A stretch of 58,818 nucleotides of DNA from a virus. The notes beneath the pieces are model-generated. The model saw nothing but the letters and a program-made list of their open reading frames with translations, had not been told where the DNA came from and searched no databases. The position numbers and the translations under genes are program-made. The DNA lies in IMG/VR virus record IMGVR_UViG_3300045988_124363; one strand, given 5' to 3'. Position 1 is the first letter of the stretch; the number at the start of each line of letters is the position of its first letter. Below are positions 26,229 to 35,582 of the stretch, one piece after another.

Positions 26229-26489
26229 ATGGCACTGACAAAATTTGTGAACGTCTACAAATGCCGCCTTTGCGGGGAAGTGTTTACCAGCAGCGGCACG
26301 AACAGCGAGATTGCAGCATGGAAAGGCACTCTCCATGAGATTATGAAAGCAAGCGGCCTTGATACGCCGTGTTCAACGCCCGAAGTTACGCCGACCATGT
26401 TCGAGATGCACAGCTGCAAGAATGGCAGCTACGGCGTGGCAGACTTTCAGGGCACACGAAAGGCGGCCGGCAATGATGCAAGCCTGTGA
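26229..26489 (+). CDS. hypothetical protein
   Basis: 86-aa ORF. Confidence 0.45.
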   Translation: MALTKFVNVYKCRLCGEVFTSSGTNSEIAAWKGTLHEIMKASGLDTPCSTPEVTPTMFEMHSCKNGSYGVADFQGTRKAAGNDASL

Positions 26490-26760
26490 GCAGCTCTCTT
26501 TATTCTCCATCGTCCCGCAGGCGGCCCGGACGGCCATCTGCTGCATGGATGGGGAGTGCAAGGCTGCTGCGCCTGCCGAAAGCTGGATGGCTGACCTTGT
26601 GCCCGGTGGGGAATATGTGATCAGCATCGCGGGACACACGCTGGTTTTGAAGCCTGTGCCCGGTACGCCTGCCGGCATCCAGCGGGGGCACGAATACTAT
26701 CACTACACCATCGGCCCGCGCCTGTACGCGGGAACATTCGTCGGGAGGATGCAGCATTGA
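26473..26760 (+). CDS. hypothetical protein
   Basis: 95-aa ORF overlapping its neighbours. Confidence 0.4.
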   Translation: MMQACEQLSLFSIVPQAARTAICCMDGECKAAAPAESWMADLVPGGEYVISIAGHTLVLKPVPGTPAGIQRGHEYYHYTIGPRLYAGTFVGRMQH

Positions 26761-27131
26761 GAACTCTTGAAGAAATCGACCGCGATCTTGAAATCGCCTA
26801 CGCCGACATGAGGAACTTTATTCACAGCGGCTTCTCGATCTCCCCGGTGCTGGAAGATGACATCGACGAGCTGCGGGACGAACGTGCCGCTGTGGTCAAG
26901 GCCATTCGGGACGCGGGCCTGATGCGATATGAAGTCTGCATCCTGCCGAAGCCGGAAAACACGTCCAGCTATTGTGCCGCGTTCTACAAGATCACGGCCA
27001 CAAGCCAAAATCAGGCTTTCGAGCATGGCAAAGAAACCTTTATCCGTGGTTTTGCGAACTGCGGCGTCACCGCCGAAAATTTTGACGCTGAATATGACAT
27101 CGGCGTCACGAGAGGGGAAAAGATCGAATGA
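26757..27131 (+). CDS. hypothetical protein (TTG start)
   Basis: 124-aa ORF. Confidence 0.4.
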   Translation: MRTLEEIDRDLEIAYADMRNFIHSGFSISPVLEDDIDELRDERAAVVKAIRDAGLMRYEVCILPKPENTSSYCAAFYKITATSQNQAFEHGKETFIRGFANCGVTAENFDAEYDIGVTRGEKIE

Positions 27132-27346
27132 AAGCACACGTTTCCAACGGCTGCAAACCCTGTCCGTTTTGTGGCGCACCTGTCACGGTGCGCCTTATGA
27201 AGAAAGGCCCCGACTTCATTGCCTGCACCAACAAGCAGGAGTGCGGCGCAATCGTCAGCTTTAACAATATCCCGTGCGACTGTTTCGGTGCATCCCCGGT
27301 GGATTACTTCAACAGGAGGGCCAGCGATGAGCAAGTATCTGAATGA
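27128..27346 (+). CDS. Lar-family restriction alleviation-like protein
   Basis: CKPCPFCGAPVTV...IACTN.QECGA...VDYFNRR fits the Lar family pattern (CPFCG ... C..C ... WN.R). Confidence 0.55.
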   Translation: MKAHVSNGCKPCPFCGAPVTVRLMKKGPDFIACTNKQECGAIVSFNNIPCDCFGASPVDYFNRRASDEQVSE

Positions 27347-27755
27347 TCACCCGGACGATGACCGCAAGACCGTGACCGAGGATTGTCCCACCTGCGGCAA
27401 TGAGGTCACGATGGTCTGGGACGTCGAACGGAACGGCTACAAGGCCACCTGCCCCTTTTGCGGCGGCCGCCTGATGCTCTGCGACGAGTGCCAGCATCCA
27501 AACGGCGTATACTCCGACGACTGCGATTATGACGCCATGACCCAAAGCTGCCGCTATAACTGTGCTGCCAACTATCGGGAAGCTGAAAAAGCGGTCAAGC
27601 TCCTGTCCCAGTTCTGCAAGGGGCGGACGCAGCAAGCAGCACGGCTGAAGCAGCACTCTGCCTGCATCGGCTGCGGCTATGAGCCGCTTTGCTCCAAATG
27701 GAGCGGCGCGAACACGCCACTTATGTGGAACTTCAAGGAGGATGCGAATGGCTGA
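27327..27755 (+). CDS. Cys-rich zinc-binding protein
   Basis: CPTCGN...CPFCGG...CDEC motifs. Confidence 0.5.
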   Translation: MSKYLNDHPDDDRKTVTEDCPTCGNEVTMVWDVERNGYKATCPFCGGRLMLCDECQHPNGVYSDDCDYDAMTQSCRYNCAANYREAEKAVKLLSQFCKGRTQQAARLKQHSACIGCGYEPLCSKWSGANTPLMWNFKEDANG

Positions 27756-28095
27756 TTATATCGAGCGGGAGCCGCTTCTGAAAGCGTTCAAAGAAAGGTG
27801 CTGTCAAGACTGCCCCGGTGGATACAGCCGCCAGAAGTGCCACAGTTGGTGTGATGCAGCAAGCGAAATCGAGATGATAGAAAATGCGCCTGCGATCAAC
27901 AATACGCCGCAGCAGTGGCAGAATTCCAGGCTGCACCCGCCGACAGAAGCGGATGCAGATAGGACGGGCGGCATAATCGTTTGGGCAGCAGCAAGCAAGC
28001 ACCTTGATGTTGTGTTCTGGCAGAACGTCGTACTCTACCCCGAAGATCTTCCGTTCTGGATGCCTGCACATGAACCGAGCAAATCAAAGGAGTAA
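27748..28095 (+). CDS. DUF551-like protein
   Basis: C-terminal W..(x)..PP......IIVW pattern. It has paralogues at 28099 and 29024. Confidence 0.35.
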   Translation: MADYIEREPLLKAFKERCCQDCPGGYSRQKCHSWCDAASEIEMIENAPAINNTPQQWQNSRLHPPTEADADRTGGIIVWAAASKHLDVVFWQNVVLYPEDLPFWMPAHEPSKSKE

Positions 28096-28098
28096 AAA

Positions 28099-28443
28099 AT
28101 GAACTCTATTCTCTACATTGACGATACCGGCAAAGCCGAACTTTACGATGATGACTACAACATCACGATCTTTTGCAAGGACGAGCAAGAGCAGCAGCGG
28201 GCTATGAAGCGGCTGGAAGTCGCAAACCGTATGCGCTGGCATGACGCCAAAACCGACCCGCCGCAGGACAGCCGGGACGTCATTGTGTACCGCGATGGCA
28301 TCGGCTCCGTGATGGGATTCTTTGACCACGAAATACACAAGAGGTGGCTGGACGCCAACACCTGCGCATTTCTGGACGACGTCACACACTGGATGGAGAA
28401 GCCGGAAGACCCGGAAAAAACGGAAGAGGGGGATTCTGAATGA
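28099..28443 (+). CDS. DUF551-like protein
   Basis: RWHDAKTDPPQDSRDVIVY...THWMEKPEDP. Confidence 0.4.
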   Translation: MNSILYIDDTGKAELYDDDYNITIFCKDEQEQQRAMKRLEVANRMRWHDAKTDPPQDSRDVIVYRDGIGSVMGFFDHEIHKRWLDANTCAFLDDVTHWMEKPEDPEKTEEGDSE

Positions 28444-28685
28444 AATGTACTTTAGAAAAGCCGAAACCGTGTCCATTTTGCGGCGAACAGTTGCAACTCG
28501 TCACTGAGCTTTCGCCCATTGAAACGACATCCGGGAAGGTCATCTCGGAATTTCGCATGAACTACTACAAGCACACCGAAACGGACAAGTGCCCGCTTGG
28601 GTATGGATTCGTGCTTGACGCATCTCCCGTCGAGGTCAGGAAGTGGAACACCAGAAAGGAGCAGGCACATGAGAAAGAGAATTGA
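28440..28685 (+). CDS. Lar-family restriction alleviation-like protein (second copy)
   Basis: KPKPCPFCGEQLQLV...DKCPLGY...VEVRKWNTR. Confidence 0.55.
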   Translation: MKCTLEKPKPCPFCGEQLQLVTELSPIETTSGKVISEFRMNYYKHTETDKCPLGYGFVLDASPVEVRKWNTRKEQAHEKEN

Positions 28686-29046
28686 TTCTTACATCCTGCT
28701 TGACTTTCTCGAAGGATGGCGCACAAGGCTTAAAAACGAGCAGATCATAGCCATCAATGGCATTTGGGCCGCAAAAGTCGAGCAGTCCATTAAAGACCTG
28801 TCCTGCATCATCGACTTTGTCAAGACCCACACAAAGACCTACACGGACGATAAAAAACAGCCGGCAGAAGTCAACGAGCAAACCATTGAAGCCGTCCGAG
28901 ACTATATGCTGGACGACCTTAAACAATACGGTGCATCCAGCGTCAAATACCAGTGGACAAAAAGCACCGGCGAAGTCGTGACGCTGGAAGCCAGCATTCA
29001 AAAGTCTGAACAGGAGGATGGCCATGAAGAAACAGCGGGCGATTGA
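28669..29046 (+). CDS. hypothetical protein
   Basis: 125-aa ORF. Confidence 0.45.
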   Translation: MRKRIDSYILLDFLEGWRTRLKNEQIIAINGIWAAKVEQSIKDLSCIIDFVKTHTKTYTDDKKQPAEVNEQTIEAVRDYMLDDLKQYGASSVKYQWTKSTGEVVTLEASIQKSEQEDGHEETAGD

Positions 29047-29446
29047 CGCCATCGCCTTATATGAGCAGCTTTCAACCGAAGTAGGCTCCATGCTGAAACA
29101 ACCGCCGGGCATCATCGTGTCAAAGATCATGGCAATGGTCTTGCAGGCCCCGACCATCTCCCGGCAGCCTGACCCTTGGACGAATGTTGAAGATGGTATG
29201 CCCAGCATTCCGGGCGACGTCAGCGGCCACGGCGAAATCACCGTCGCCGTCATGTTTAAGACCGAGCAGCGAGTACACACGATGATTTATGAGCGGGCCA
29301 TCGTCCGCGGCAAAACCGTATACCGCTGGAAATGGCCGTGGGACAGGATTTACAGCGACGGCGGCATTATCCGATGGGCATACCTGCCGCAGCCGCCCAA
29401 AAAACAGGAGGACGCCACCAATGGAACAGCTGAACCGCAATGCTGA
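29024..29446 (+). CDS. DUF551-like protein
   Basis: PDPWTNVEDGMPSIPGD...ITVAVMF...RWAYLPQPP. Confidence 0.35.
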   Translation: MKKQRAIDAIALYEQLSTEVGSMLKQPPGIIVSKIMAMVLQAPTISRQPDPWTNVEDGMPSIPGDVSGHGEITVAVMFKTEQRVHTMIYERAIVRGKTVYRWKWPWDRIYSDGGIIRWAYLPQPPKKQEDATNGTAEPQC

Positions 29447-29630
29447 ACACTACGCCGACCCGACACCCGCAGCAGCCTTGAAAAACATCTATGCCAAAGA
29501 GGAAGCCGACCGCCTGCGCAAAATCAGCACCATGATGGCAACGCTCAAACAGGCCGCCGATCTTGCAGGGCTAGAAGTCGTGGGCCGCGTCGTTTTCAGG
29601 GACAAGGCCACCGGAAAGGAGTACCGCTGA
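29421..29630 (+). CDS. hypothetical protein
   Basis: 69-aa ORF. Confidence 0.45.
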   Translation: MEQLNRNAEHYADPTPAAALKNIYAKEEADRLRKISTMMATLKQAADLAGLEVVGRVVFRDKATGKEYR

Positions 29631-30208
29631 TGAATCGCATCCAGACCGTTATTGTGACTGCTCTGCTGGCCGGGGCTGTCCCGCTGGCCGTACAGGGCAA
29701 CATCCTGAACCACCGTATCAATGAGCTGGAAACCTATTACACTATCTACGCCAGCCGCTTTGAAAACTGGTCGAACCGAGCCTTGCAGGACGAGCAGATC
29801 ATCGAGAACTTACAGCAGGTCAACACCACCGCCCAGCAGCAGCCCGCGCCGGAAAGCGACTTGCCCGCCGGTATGGTCGCCGAATATGCCGGCGAGTACA
29901 CCTGCACCGCTTACTGTACCGAAAAGCGGCCGCACATCTGTGGCACTGGTACAGGCATCACCGCCAGCGGCGCACCCATCACGGCAGACCTGACCGTGGC
30001 TGCAGATCAAAGCCTGCTGCCGTTCGGCACCGTGATCTACATCGAGGGCGTCGGCGTCCGTGTCGTGCAGGATAAAGGCTCCGGCGTACAGGGAAAGCAC
30101 CTTGACGTGGCAGTGCCCGGTAGCCATTCGGACGCCCTGAACTGGGCAGGATACGGAACGCACAAGGTCTGGATCTTGAAAGGGGACGCCAGCAATGACG
30201 AAGGATGA
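29630..30208 (+). CDS. secreted/membrane-anchored 3D-domain (RlpA/MltA-like) protein
   Basis: N-terminal TM/signal segment, then C-terminal FTCTAYC...GTGITASG...VAAD.SLLPFGT.IYIEGVG.RVVQDKG..V.GKHLDV, a typical 3D domain. Confidence 0.7.
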   Translation: MNRIQTVIVTALLAGAVPLAVQGNILNHRINELETYYTIYASRFENWSNRALQDEQIIENLQQVNTTAQQQPAPESDLPAGMVAEYAGEYTCTAYCTEKRPHICGTGTGITASGAPITADLTVAADQSLLPFGTVIYIEGVGVRVVQDKGSGVQGKHLDVAVPGSHSDALNWAGYGTHKVWILKGDASNDEG

Positions 30209-30866
30209 AACCAAACAGGAGCAGGCACGAAGCCTGCGGTATAAACGCCCTGCGCTGGCCTTGATGGGCTGGGAAACAATAACGAGCGAGCTTTCGGAAA
30301 TCCAGTCAGCGTGTGACGATGTTTCTTACAGCATGAGCGCGGATTCGATTTTGGACGCTTTCGACGGCGACGAAGAACGTGCATGGGAATTTCAAATGGC
30401 CTTTGCAGATCTTTCGGCGAAGTGCGAACAGCTATCCAACTGCCTATATGACCATGACGAACTGTCAGAATATTTTGACGACTGCACCGTCGCCCTTATC
30501 GGAAACCGTTACAAATCGATCGGCTACGATGACTACGAGGAAGATTATTACCAGCTCACCAACTACGAAGAAGAGCTTGCACAATCCGAAGCCGGGAAGC
30601 GCGTCTGCCGCTGGACTAAAAAAGATATGCTGACCAACATCGGGCAGTGCATGGGCGTCCTGCTGGCCTTTTATGACCTGCGGCAGCAATACGACTACCT
30701 CAAGACAGAACTTGACATTTTGCGAGGGGAAAACGCCGCTGTGCTGCAAACCATCAAGGAGATTGAAAAGGCCTATGATAGGCAGTCCGATTTGATGGAA
30801 TGGCAGGACGACCCGGAGTTTGAAAAGCTGCTGCGCCTGCTGCCGGATAGAATCTGGATTGAGTAA
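30195..30866 (+). CDS. hypothetical protein
   Basis: 223-aa acidic ORF. Confidence 0.55.
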   Translation: MTKDETKQEQARSLRYKRPALALMGWETITSELSEIQSACDDVSYSMSADSILDAFDGDEERAWEFQMAFADLSAKCEQLSNCLYDHDELSEYFDDCTVALIGNRYKSIGYDDYEEDYYQLTNYEEELAQSEAGKRVCRWTKKDMLTNIGQCMGVLLAFYDLRQQYDYLKTELDILRGENAAVLQTIKEIEKAYDRQSDLMEWQDDPEFEKLLRLLPDRIWIE

Positions 30867-30883
30867 AGGGGGAGATAACATTG

Positions 30884-31192
30884 ATGTATCAAACTGGAAT
30901 CGAACTCAGAACGACATCTTTTGACCTGACGAAACCTTTGGCCGCAATGGCCAAACGTGCCGAGCAGGACGGTTTTGAATTCTACTACACCCGGCACATC
31001 GCCGAGAACGTTTTTGAACTGGAACTGCGCAAGGACTACATCGGCGTCAAAACCAAAGTGCCCGCTGGATACCTGCAAAAGTACATCCCGCACAGTTGCT
31101 TAGAGGGCTTTTTGATGGGCGAATATGACCGCCTGTCCTATATGCTGGGAGCTGTCACCGGCTGCAACAATGCCCCGGAGGACTTGAAATGA
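30884..31192 (+). CDS. hypothetical protein
   Basis: 102-aa ORF. Confidence 0.45.
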   Translation: MYQTGIELRTTSFDLTKPLAAMAKRAEQDGFEFYYTRHIAENVFELELRKDYIGVKTKVPAGYLQKYIPHSCLEGFLMGEYDRLSYMLGAVTGCNNAPEDLK

Positions 31193-33693
31193 CCTACAAA
31201 GAATTTTTGGAAAACAAGATAGACATCGCGCCGCTGTCCGGTATCGAAATTGACCCGTCGGAAATCAACCCGGTATTGAAGCCCCACCAGCGCACCAGTG
31301 TTTTGTGGGCCTTGCGCGGGGGCCGCCGGGGCATCTTTGCCCGGTTTGGCCTTGGCAAGACTGTAATGCAGATCGAATGGTGTCACCAGCTCCAAAAGCA
31401 CGAGGGCGGGCAAACGCTGATCGTGATGCCGCTGAACGTCATGCCCGAATTTCGGGCCGACGCTGTAAACTTGTTGGGGATGCAGGAGCCGCCATACTGC
31501 CGCACCATGGCTGAGGTCAAGGCCAGCGACGCGCCGATCATCCTCACCAACTATGAGCGTATCCGCGATGGCGACATCGACCCGCGCTACTTCACGGCCG
31601 TGTCACTGGACGAAGCGGCCACCCTGCGCAGTTTCGGCAGCAAGACCTATCAGGAGTTCATGCTGAAATTCAAGGGCGTCCGCTACAAGCTCACCAACAC
31701 GGCCACGCCTAGCCCCAACCGATACAAGGAGCTGATACACTATGCAGGCTTCCTTGAAGTCATGGACACCGGGCAGTCCCTCACACGCTTCTTTAAGCGC
31801 GACAGCACAAAAGCAAACAATTTGACGCTTTACCCCGGCCGCGAAAAGGAGTTCTGGATTTGGTGCGCATCGTGGGGCCTGTTCCTGCAGAAGCCCTCTG
31901 ATCTGGGCTTTTCCGATGCAGGATACAGACTGCCGCCGATGAACATTCGCTATCACAAGCTGCCCAGCATCGAGCGGCCAGATGAATTTGACCCGGACGG
32001 CCAAATGAAGCTGGGCCATGATGCCGCAATGGGTCTGACCGACGCCGCAAGGGAAAAGCGTGACAGCATCGAAATCAGGGCAGCAGAGTGCGCCGCCATC
32101 GTAAACGAAAGCCCGGATGAACACTTTGTCATCTGGCATGACCTCGAAGATGAGCGCAAAGCTCTGAAAAAGGCCATCCCCGATATGGTGGACATCTACG
32201 GCAGCATGGAGCTAGAAACCCGCGAGAAGCGCGTCATGGACTTTGCGCAGGGCCGCACCCGACTGTTCGGCACAAAAAAGAGCCTGTCCGGCTCCGGCTG
32301 CAATTTCCAGCGTTTTTGTCACCGGGCAATCTTCATGGGCATTGACTACGAATTCAACGATTTTATTCAGGCGGTGCACAGAATCTACCGCTTTTTGCAG
32401 GATGAGCCGGTTATAATCGACATCCTGTACATGGACACGGAAAGTGAAATCCTGCTGGCCTTGCAGCGCAAGTGGCATCAATACGACGAACTCAGCGAGA
32501 AGATGGAGCAGATTATCAAAAAATACGGCCTTGGCAGCCTTGCCTTGGAATCCCTCAAGAGAACGATAGGATGTGAGCGCGTGGAAATCACCGGAAAGAG
32601 CTATATGGCCATCAACAACGATTGCGTCGAGGAGATCAAGAACTGGGAGACAGACAGCATTGACCTGTATGTGACCAGCATCCCATTTGGCAATCACTAC
32701 GAATACAGCCCCAGCTATAACGACTTTGGCCATAACCCTGACGACAACGCATTCTTTGAGCAGATGAACTATCTGACGCCGGAGCTGCTGCGCACCATCA
32801 AGCCTGGCCGAGTGGCCGCAATCCACGTCAAAGACCGCGTCCAGTTTGGCAACGTCACCGGCATGGGGATGCCGACTATCGAACCTTTTCACGCCGACTG
32901 CATCTCCCACTTTATCAAGCACGGCTTTGCCTATTTCGGCATGATCACCGTCGTGACCGACGTCGTGCGAGAAAATAATCAAACTTACAGATTGGGATGG
33001 TCGGAGCAGTGCAAGGACGGCACCAAGATGGGCGTCGGCTGCCCAGAATACATCTTACTTTTCCGCAAGCTCCCCACAGACCACAGCAAGGGATATGCGG
33101 ACGTCCGCGTCGCAAAGAGCAAGGACGAATACACCCGCGCACAATGGCAGCTCGATGCACACGCATTCTGGCGCAGCAGCGGCGACCGTCCTTTTGGCCG
33201 CGAAGACCTTGAAAAGGTTCCGACATCGAAGCTGCAAAGCCTGTACCGCAAGTTCAGCCGCGAGAACGTCTACTCCTACGACGAGCACGTTAAGCTGGCC
33301 GAAAGTCTGGATAGGGACGGCCGCCTGCCATCCACGTTTATGGTCGTCGCCCCGGGCAGCTGGGATATGACCGTCTGGGACGACATCAACCGTATGAAGA
33401 CCCTGAACACCAGCCAGAGCCAGCGGCGCAAGCAGATGCACGTCTGCCCCTTGCAGATCGACATCGTGGAGCGGCTTATCAACCGATACTCCAACCCCGG
33501 CGATCTTGTGGCTGACCCCTTTGCCGGACTTTTCACCGTTCCGTATGAAGCGGTCAAGATGGGCCGCAGGGGAAAGGGCGTCGAGCTGAACCCGGACTAT
33601 TTCCGCGACGGCGTCGGCTACCTCGAAGCAGCAGACGCCCAGCAGAACGCGCCGACCCTCTTTGACCTGCTGGAAAGCATGGAAGGAGCTTGA
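31189..33693 (+). CDS. SNF2-family helicase fused to an N6/N4 DNA methyltransferase
   Basis: Helicase motifs GLGKT, LDEAA and TATPSPN plus a helicase-C region. Methyltransferase motifs IDLYVTSIPFG (motif IV-like) and DLVADPFAGLFT (motif I, FxGxG). Confidence 0.75.
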   Translation: MTYKEFLENKIDIAPLSGIEIDPSEINPVLKPHQRTSVLWALRGGRRGIFARFGLGKTVMQIEWCHQLQKHEGGQTLIVMPLNVMPEFRADAVNLLGMQEPPYCRTMAEVKASDAPIILTNYERIRDGDIDPRYFTAVSLDEAATLRSFGSKTYQEFMLKFKGVRYKLTNTATPSPNRYKELIHYAGFLEVMDTGQSLTRFFKRDSTKANNLTLYPGREKEFWIWCASWGLFLQKPSDLGFSDAGYRLPPMNIRYHKLPSIERPDEFDPDGQMKLGHDAAMGLTDAAREKRDSIEIRAAECAAIVNESPDEHFVIWHDLEDERKALKKAIPDMVDIYGSMELETREKRVMDFAQGRTRLFGTKKSLSGSGCNFQRFCHRAIFMGIDYEFNDFIQAVHRIYRFLQDEPVIIDILYMDTESEILLALQRKWHQYDELSEKMEQIIKKYGLGSLALESLKRTIGCERVEITGKSYMAINNDCVEEIKNWETDSIDLYVTSIPFGNHYEYSPSYNDFGHNPDDNAFFEQMNYLTPELLRTIKPGRVAAIHVKDRVQFGNVTGMGMPTIEPFHADCISHFIKHGFAYFGMITVVTDVVRENNQTYRLGWSEQCKDGTKMGVGCPEYILLFRKLPTDHSKGYADVRVAKSKDEYTRAQWQLDAHAFWRSSGDRPFGREDLEKVPTSKLQSLYRKFSRENVYSYDEHVKLAESLDRDGRLPSTFMVVAPGSWDMTVWDDINRMKTLNTSQSQRRKQMHVCPLQIDIVERLINRYSNPGDLVADPFAGLFTVPYEAVKMGRRGKGVELNPDYFRDGVGYLEAADAQQNAPTLFDLLESMEGA

Positions 33694-33962
33694 CCATGAG
33701 CGTGATGCCTTATGAACGCGCCGCCGAAATCCTCGACCCGGCCCGGGGCGAAAGATTCACCGACATGGAGCCGGTAAACAAAGCCCTCTATATGGGCCGG
33801 GATGCCCTGCTGCTGCGAATCCCGCGCAGCCCTTACCCGGATGGCGACAAAAATATTCTGGCCTGCCCCAACTGCGGGAGCGGCGAATACCTGCACAATC
33901 AGGATGAAGCCGAGAACACCTGCTGTGGAAAATGCGGGCAGGCTATCAAATGGGAGGACTAA
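33690..33962 (+). CDS. zinc-ribbon protein
   Basis: CPNCGS...CCGKCG. Confidence 0.5.
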   Translation: MTMSVMPYERAAEILDPARGERFTDMEPVNKALYMGRDALLLRIPRSPYPDGDKNILACPNCGSGEYLHNQDEAENTCCGKCGQAIKWED

Positions 33963-34041
33963 CCATGAACAATAAAACCGAAACCCGTCTCTGCCCGTTC
34001 CGAATCACCGTTGCAAGCGGCTGGAAAAATCGGAAGAGCTG

Positions 34042-34050
34042 TGATATAAT
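34042..34050 (+). promoter_or_regulatory. extended -10 promoter (TGaTATAAT)
   Basis: tgATATAAT at 34042..34050; the -35 is weak. Confidence 0.4.
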
Positions 34051-34056
34051 ATCCCC

Positions 34057-34258
34057 ATCAAGCGAAACAGCACGGAAGCCCTTACGATACCAGCTCTTTA
34101 ATTTTGGAAGCGACGAATTACAGAATCGCTCACATTTGTGAGTATATGGTTTGCTCCCGTTATCATGCGGGATGCGATGTTGATAGAATAACCCCCACGA
34201 GTTACAAATGTAAATCAAACTCAGCCGCAAGGTTTAACCGCCTTGCGGCTTTTCTTTT
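34057..34258 (+). ncRNA. candidate about 200-nt non-coding RNA (alternative: 58-aa ORF 33965..34141)
   Basis: A low-GC segment bounded by the promoter above and a strong terminator (stem 34223..34232/34241..34250 plus T-run). It contains operator palindromes at 34129..34142 and 34202..34215. Confidence 0.35.
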
Positions 34259-34279
34259 GCAAAAATAATATCACACCTG

Positions 34280-34308
34280 TTGACTTGCTCACAAATAGAA
34301 GTGATAAT
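34280..34308 (+). promoter_or_regulatory. early promoter with embedded operator (copy e)
   Basis: cacctgTTGACT, 17-nt spacer (tgctcacaaatagaagt), GATAAT. Confidence 0.6.
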
Positions 34309-34359
34309 ACAATCACAGAATGATTTACAAACACACAACGGAGAGTAGAGGGCACAAAA

Positions 34360-34542
34360 ATGATGATTACATACAAAACCAACAGCGCAGTCGATACCAA
34401 GGAATCCGTTGAATGGTATTTTGGAAAATCTTTCGTCGCAAGCTCCACTGCATCCGCAAAGTATGAACACAAGAAGACCGGGAAAAGCATCTTCAAGTTC
34501 TGGCAGGATGGAACCGGTTGCCTCACCATCAAAATCAACTAA
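34360..34542 (+). CDS. hypothetical protein
   Basis: 60-aa ORF after promoter e. Confidence 0.45.
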   Translation: MMITYKTNSAVDTKESVEWYFGKSFVASSTASAKYEHKKTGKSIFKFWQDGTGCLTIKIN

Positions 34543-34556
34543 AAGGGGAAATGGAA

Positions 34557-34721
34557 ATGTTTAAGAAGCTGGCCAAAATGATTTCCGAAATCAAAACCGA
34601 AAACGACCGAGATGCTACATTCTGGCAGATCGACCGTGAGTTTGAGCAGGAGAAGATCTCCGCAGCAGACCACGAGCTGCTTTACAAGCTGGCCGGAATG
34701 GTCGAAGTCGAGGAGGGCTAA
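34557..34721 (+). CDS. hypothetical protein
   Basis: 54-aa ORF with a GGGGA SD. Confidence 0.45.
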   Translation: MFKKLAKMISEIKTENDRDATFWQIDREFEQEKISAADHELLYKLAGMVEVEEG

Positions 34722-34724
34722 AAA

Positions 34725-34949
34725 ATGACTGTCAAGATCGCGCTGAAGAAAAAGTTCAACAAGAACGCCACCACCTGCTTTTATACCGAATACGCAAAGA
34801 GCGTCACCTGCAAGACCATCCAGGCCGCCGAGATCATGGCGATGGGCTTTGACGAAACCGACCCGCACGACCAGTACGTCGTTGTCAAGGACGAGGACGG
34901 AAGCGAAAGCACGTTCCGCAACAGCTACGTTGACGTTTTTATTTCCTGA
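34725..34949 (+). CDS. hypothetical protein
   Basis: 74-aa ORF. Confidence 0.5.
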   Translation: MTVKIALKKKFNKNATTCFYTEYAKSVTCKTIQAAEIMAMGFDETDPHDQYVVVKDEDGSESTFRNSYVDVFIS

Positions 34950-34964
34950 ACAGGAGGGAGCAAC

Positions 34965-35180
34965 ATGAAAACATCTAAGAAAATGGCAAAGGCCCTGCTG
35001 ACCAGCGGCCAGCACCGCACCAAAAAGTACCTCTACACGCTGGGCTACAACATATACGGTCAAGAGATCGTACAACGCACCCAGATCGACAGCGAGGGCC
35101 ACAGAATCGGCAACACATACTCAGCAGGATTTTTCAACGCCTATGACTACCCGGAAGAATGGAGAGAGAAAAATGTTTAA
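34965..35180 (+). CDS. hypothetical protein
   Basis: 71-aa ORF with an AGGAGGGAG SD. Confidence 0.5.
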   Translation: MKTSKKMAKALLTSGQHRTKKYLYTLGYNIYGQEIVQRTQIDSEGHRIGNTYSAGFFNAYDYPEEWREKNV

Positions 35181-35568
35181 TATCACTGATACCGAAAAGC
35201 TGCGGGATGCCTATATCTTCCTGACATTCGCTCAGAACGCCCCCGCCGCTGCACCTGAGAAAAAGGCCAACCGCGAAATCTTTATCACCAACACGAAGCG
35301 GGAAATCCGGGAATACAACAACCGCCCGATCTCCAACACGCGCATTATAAGCGCAGACTACGATGGGCGCCTTGAACTTGTCCGCCTGCCTGACGAGCTG
35401 GACAAGGCGCACAAGGTAGCAGCGGCCGACTGGTTCCGGGACAACTGCTATCTGGAAGCCTACGACAGCCCCTACGACTGCACCGGGCAAGAATTTACAA
35501 CCCATTACAAACTGTTCCGCCGCCGGGGTCACTGGTACGCATATCACAGAGTCAGCAGGGACGTTTAA
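35173..35568 (+). CDS. hypothetical protein
   Basis: 131-aa ORF. Confidence 0.5.
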   Translation: MFNITDTEKLRDAYIFLTFAQNAPAAAPEKKANREIFITNTKREIREYNNRPISNTRIISADYDGRLELVRLPDELDKAHKVAAADWFRDNCYLEAYDSPYDCTGQEFTTHYKLFRRRGHWYAYHRVSRDV

Positions 35569-35582
35569 TACCGAATACAGCA

